NCBI RefSeq assembly: GCF_000008565.1 | Contig: NC_001263.1 | Span: 1,231,249-1,263,248 of the forward strand | Direction of reading: 5' to 3' | DNA: 32,000 bases | From: Deinococcus radiodurans R1 = ATCC 13939 = DSM 20539 | GTDB taxonomy: Bacteria > Deinococcota > Deinococci > Deinococcales > Deinococcaceae | Shown: piece by piece, positions 31,558 to 32,000 of the stretch | Layout: each line of letters opens with the position of its first letter | Position numbering within the stretch: the stretch's first letter is position 1 | The notes under the pieces: generated by a model | What the model saw: only the letters and a program-made list of their open reading frames with translations | What the model was told of the DNA's origin: nothing | Database searches by the model: none | Position numbers and translations under genes: made by a program

Positions 31558-32000
31558 TTGAAACTCAGCCGCCTTCCCCACGGTTTTGCCCTCGACACGG
31601 CGGCGCAGGCCCTGGCGCTGCGGAGCGAAGCGGTGCAGGACATCCAGACGGCCTGGACCGGGCGCGGCTGGCGGGCGAGCGCCACCGTCGCCGACGGCGG
31701 GCAGCATTTTCAGGCCAACGCCGAGCTGAGCGCGCCGCCCGAGCCGCAACTGCTCGACTCGTCGTGCACCTGCGGGCGCTACCGCTGCCGCCACGTGGCC
31801 GCGCTGGTGCTCTCCACCGACCCGCCCGACGGCCCGGCCCCCCTCACGGCAGATGGGCCCGCCGCGCCGGTCACCGAGGCGCTCGACCCCCGGCTCAAGC
31901 AGTGGCTGGTGGGCTTCGAGAGCGAGCCCGACACCGGCAGCGGGCGTGGGCGGCAGTACGAACTGCGCTACGTGCTGCGGGTGCAGCCGGTCAGCATTCA
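31558..32000 (+). CDS. SWIM zinc-finger protein, N-terminal part (3' end outside window); probably the start of a SNF2-type helicase
   Basis: The frame is open from the stop at 31492 to the window end, so it is not in the track. The only in-frame start is TTG at 31558. It reads KLSRLPHGFALDTAAQALALRSEAV...LLDSSCTCGRYRCRHVAALVLS, a CxC-x(n)-CxH SWIM motif. Confidence 0.7.
   Translation, partial: MKLSRLPHGFALDTAAQALALRSEAVQDIQTAWTGRGWRASATVADGGQHFQANAELSAPPEPQLLDSSCTCGRYRCRHVAALVLSTDPPDGPAPLTADGPAAPVTEALDPRLKQWLVGFESEPDTGSGRGRQYELRYVLRVQPVSI

Overview
High-GC bacterial chromosome segment with dense coding on both strands. Gene content and order fit a Deinococcus genome. From memory it matches Deinococcus radiodurans R1 chromosome 1 around the YbjN-like gene DR_1245 and sucCD, but I cannot verify that here. 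I see no rRNA, tRNA, CRISPR array, transposase or integrase. Left to right: (1) a glycosyltransferase cluster (GT2 fragment, GT4, deacetylase/YkoP-like protein); (2) a roughly 966-codon four-GAF/PAS histidine kinase that can only be read by changing frame twice, preceded by a DUF4388/PATAN-type protein; (3) divergently from these, a visibly lower-GC, translationally coupled operon with a 763-aa PilX-N-domain protein and three prepilin-type minor pilins; (4) a single dynamin-like GTPase and a CDF transporter; (5) a DUF1990-like protein with a long disordered N-terminus; (6) homocitrate synthase, a MaoC dehydratase and a CitE-like lyase; (7) a secreted protein, a minimal Hanks-type Ser/Thr kinase overlapping holA, a YbjN-like protein, an Xaa-Pro aminopeptidase and sucCD; (8) five small secreted or membrane orphan proteins interleaved with a carboxy(nor)spermidine-dehydrogenase-like gene and an acyl-CoA dehydrogenase; (9) a PQQ-type sugar dehydrogenase and the start of a SWIM zinc-finger protein. 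The best candidates for something new are the PATAN/multi-GAF-kinase unit facing the minor-pilin operon with its giant ComZ-like protein, the doubly frameshifted kinase, and the kinase-holA coupling. The many long Arg/Pro/Ala-rich ORFs in the track are antisense or out-of-frame artefacts of high GC.
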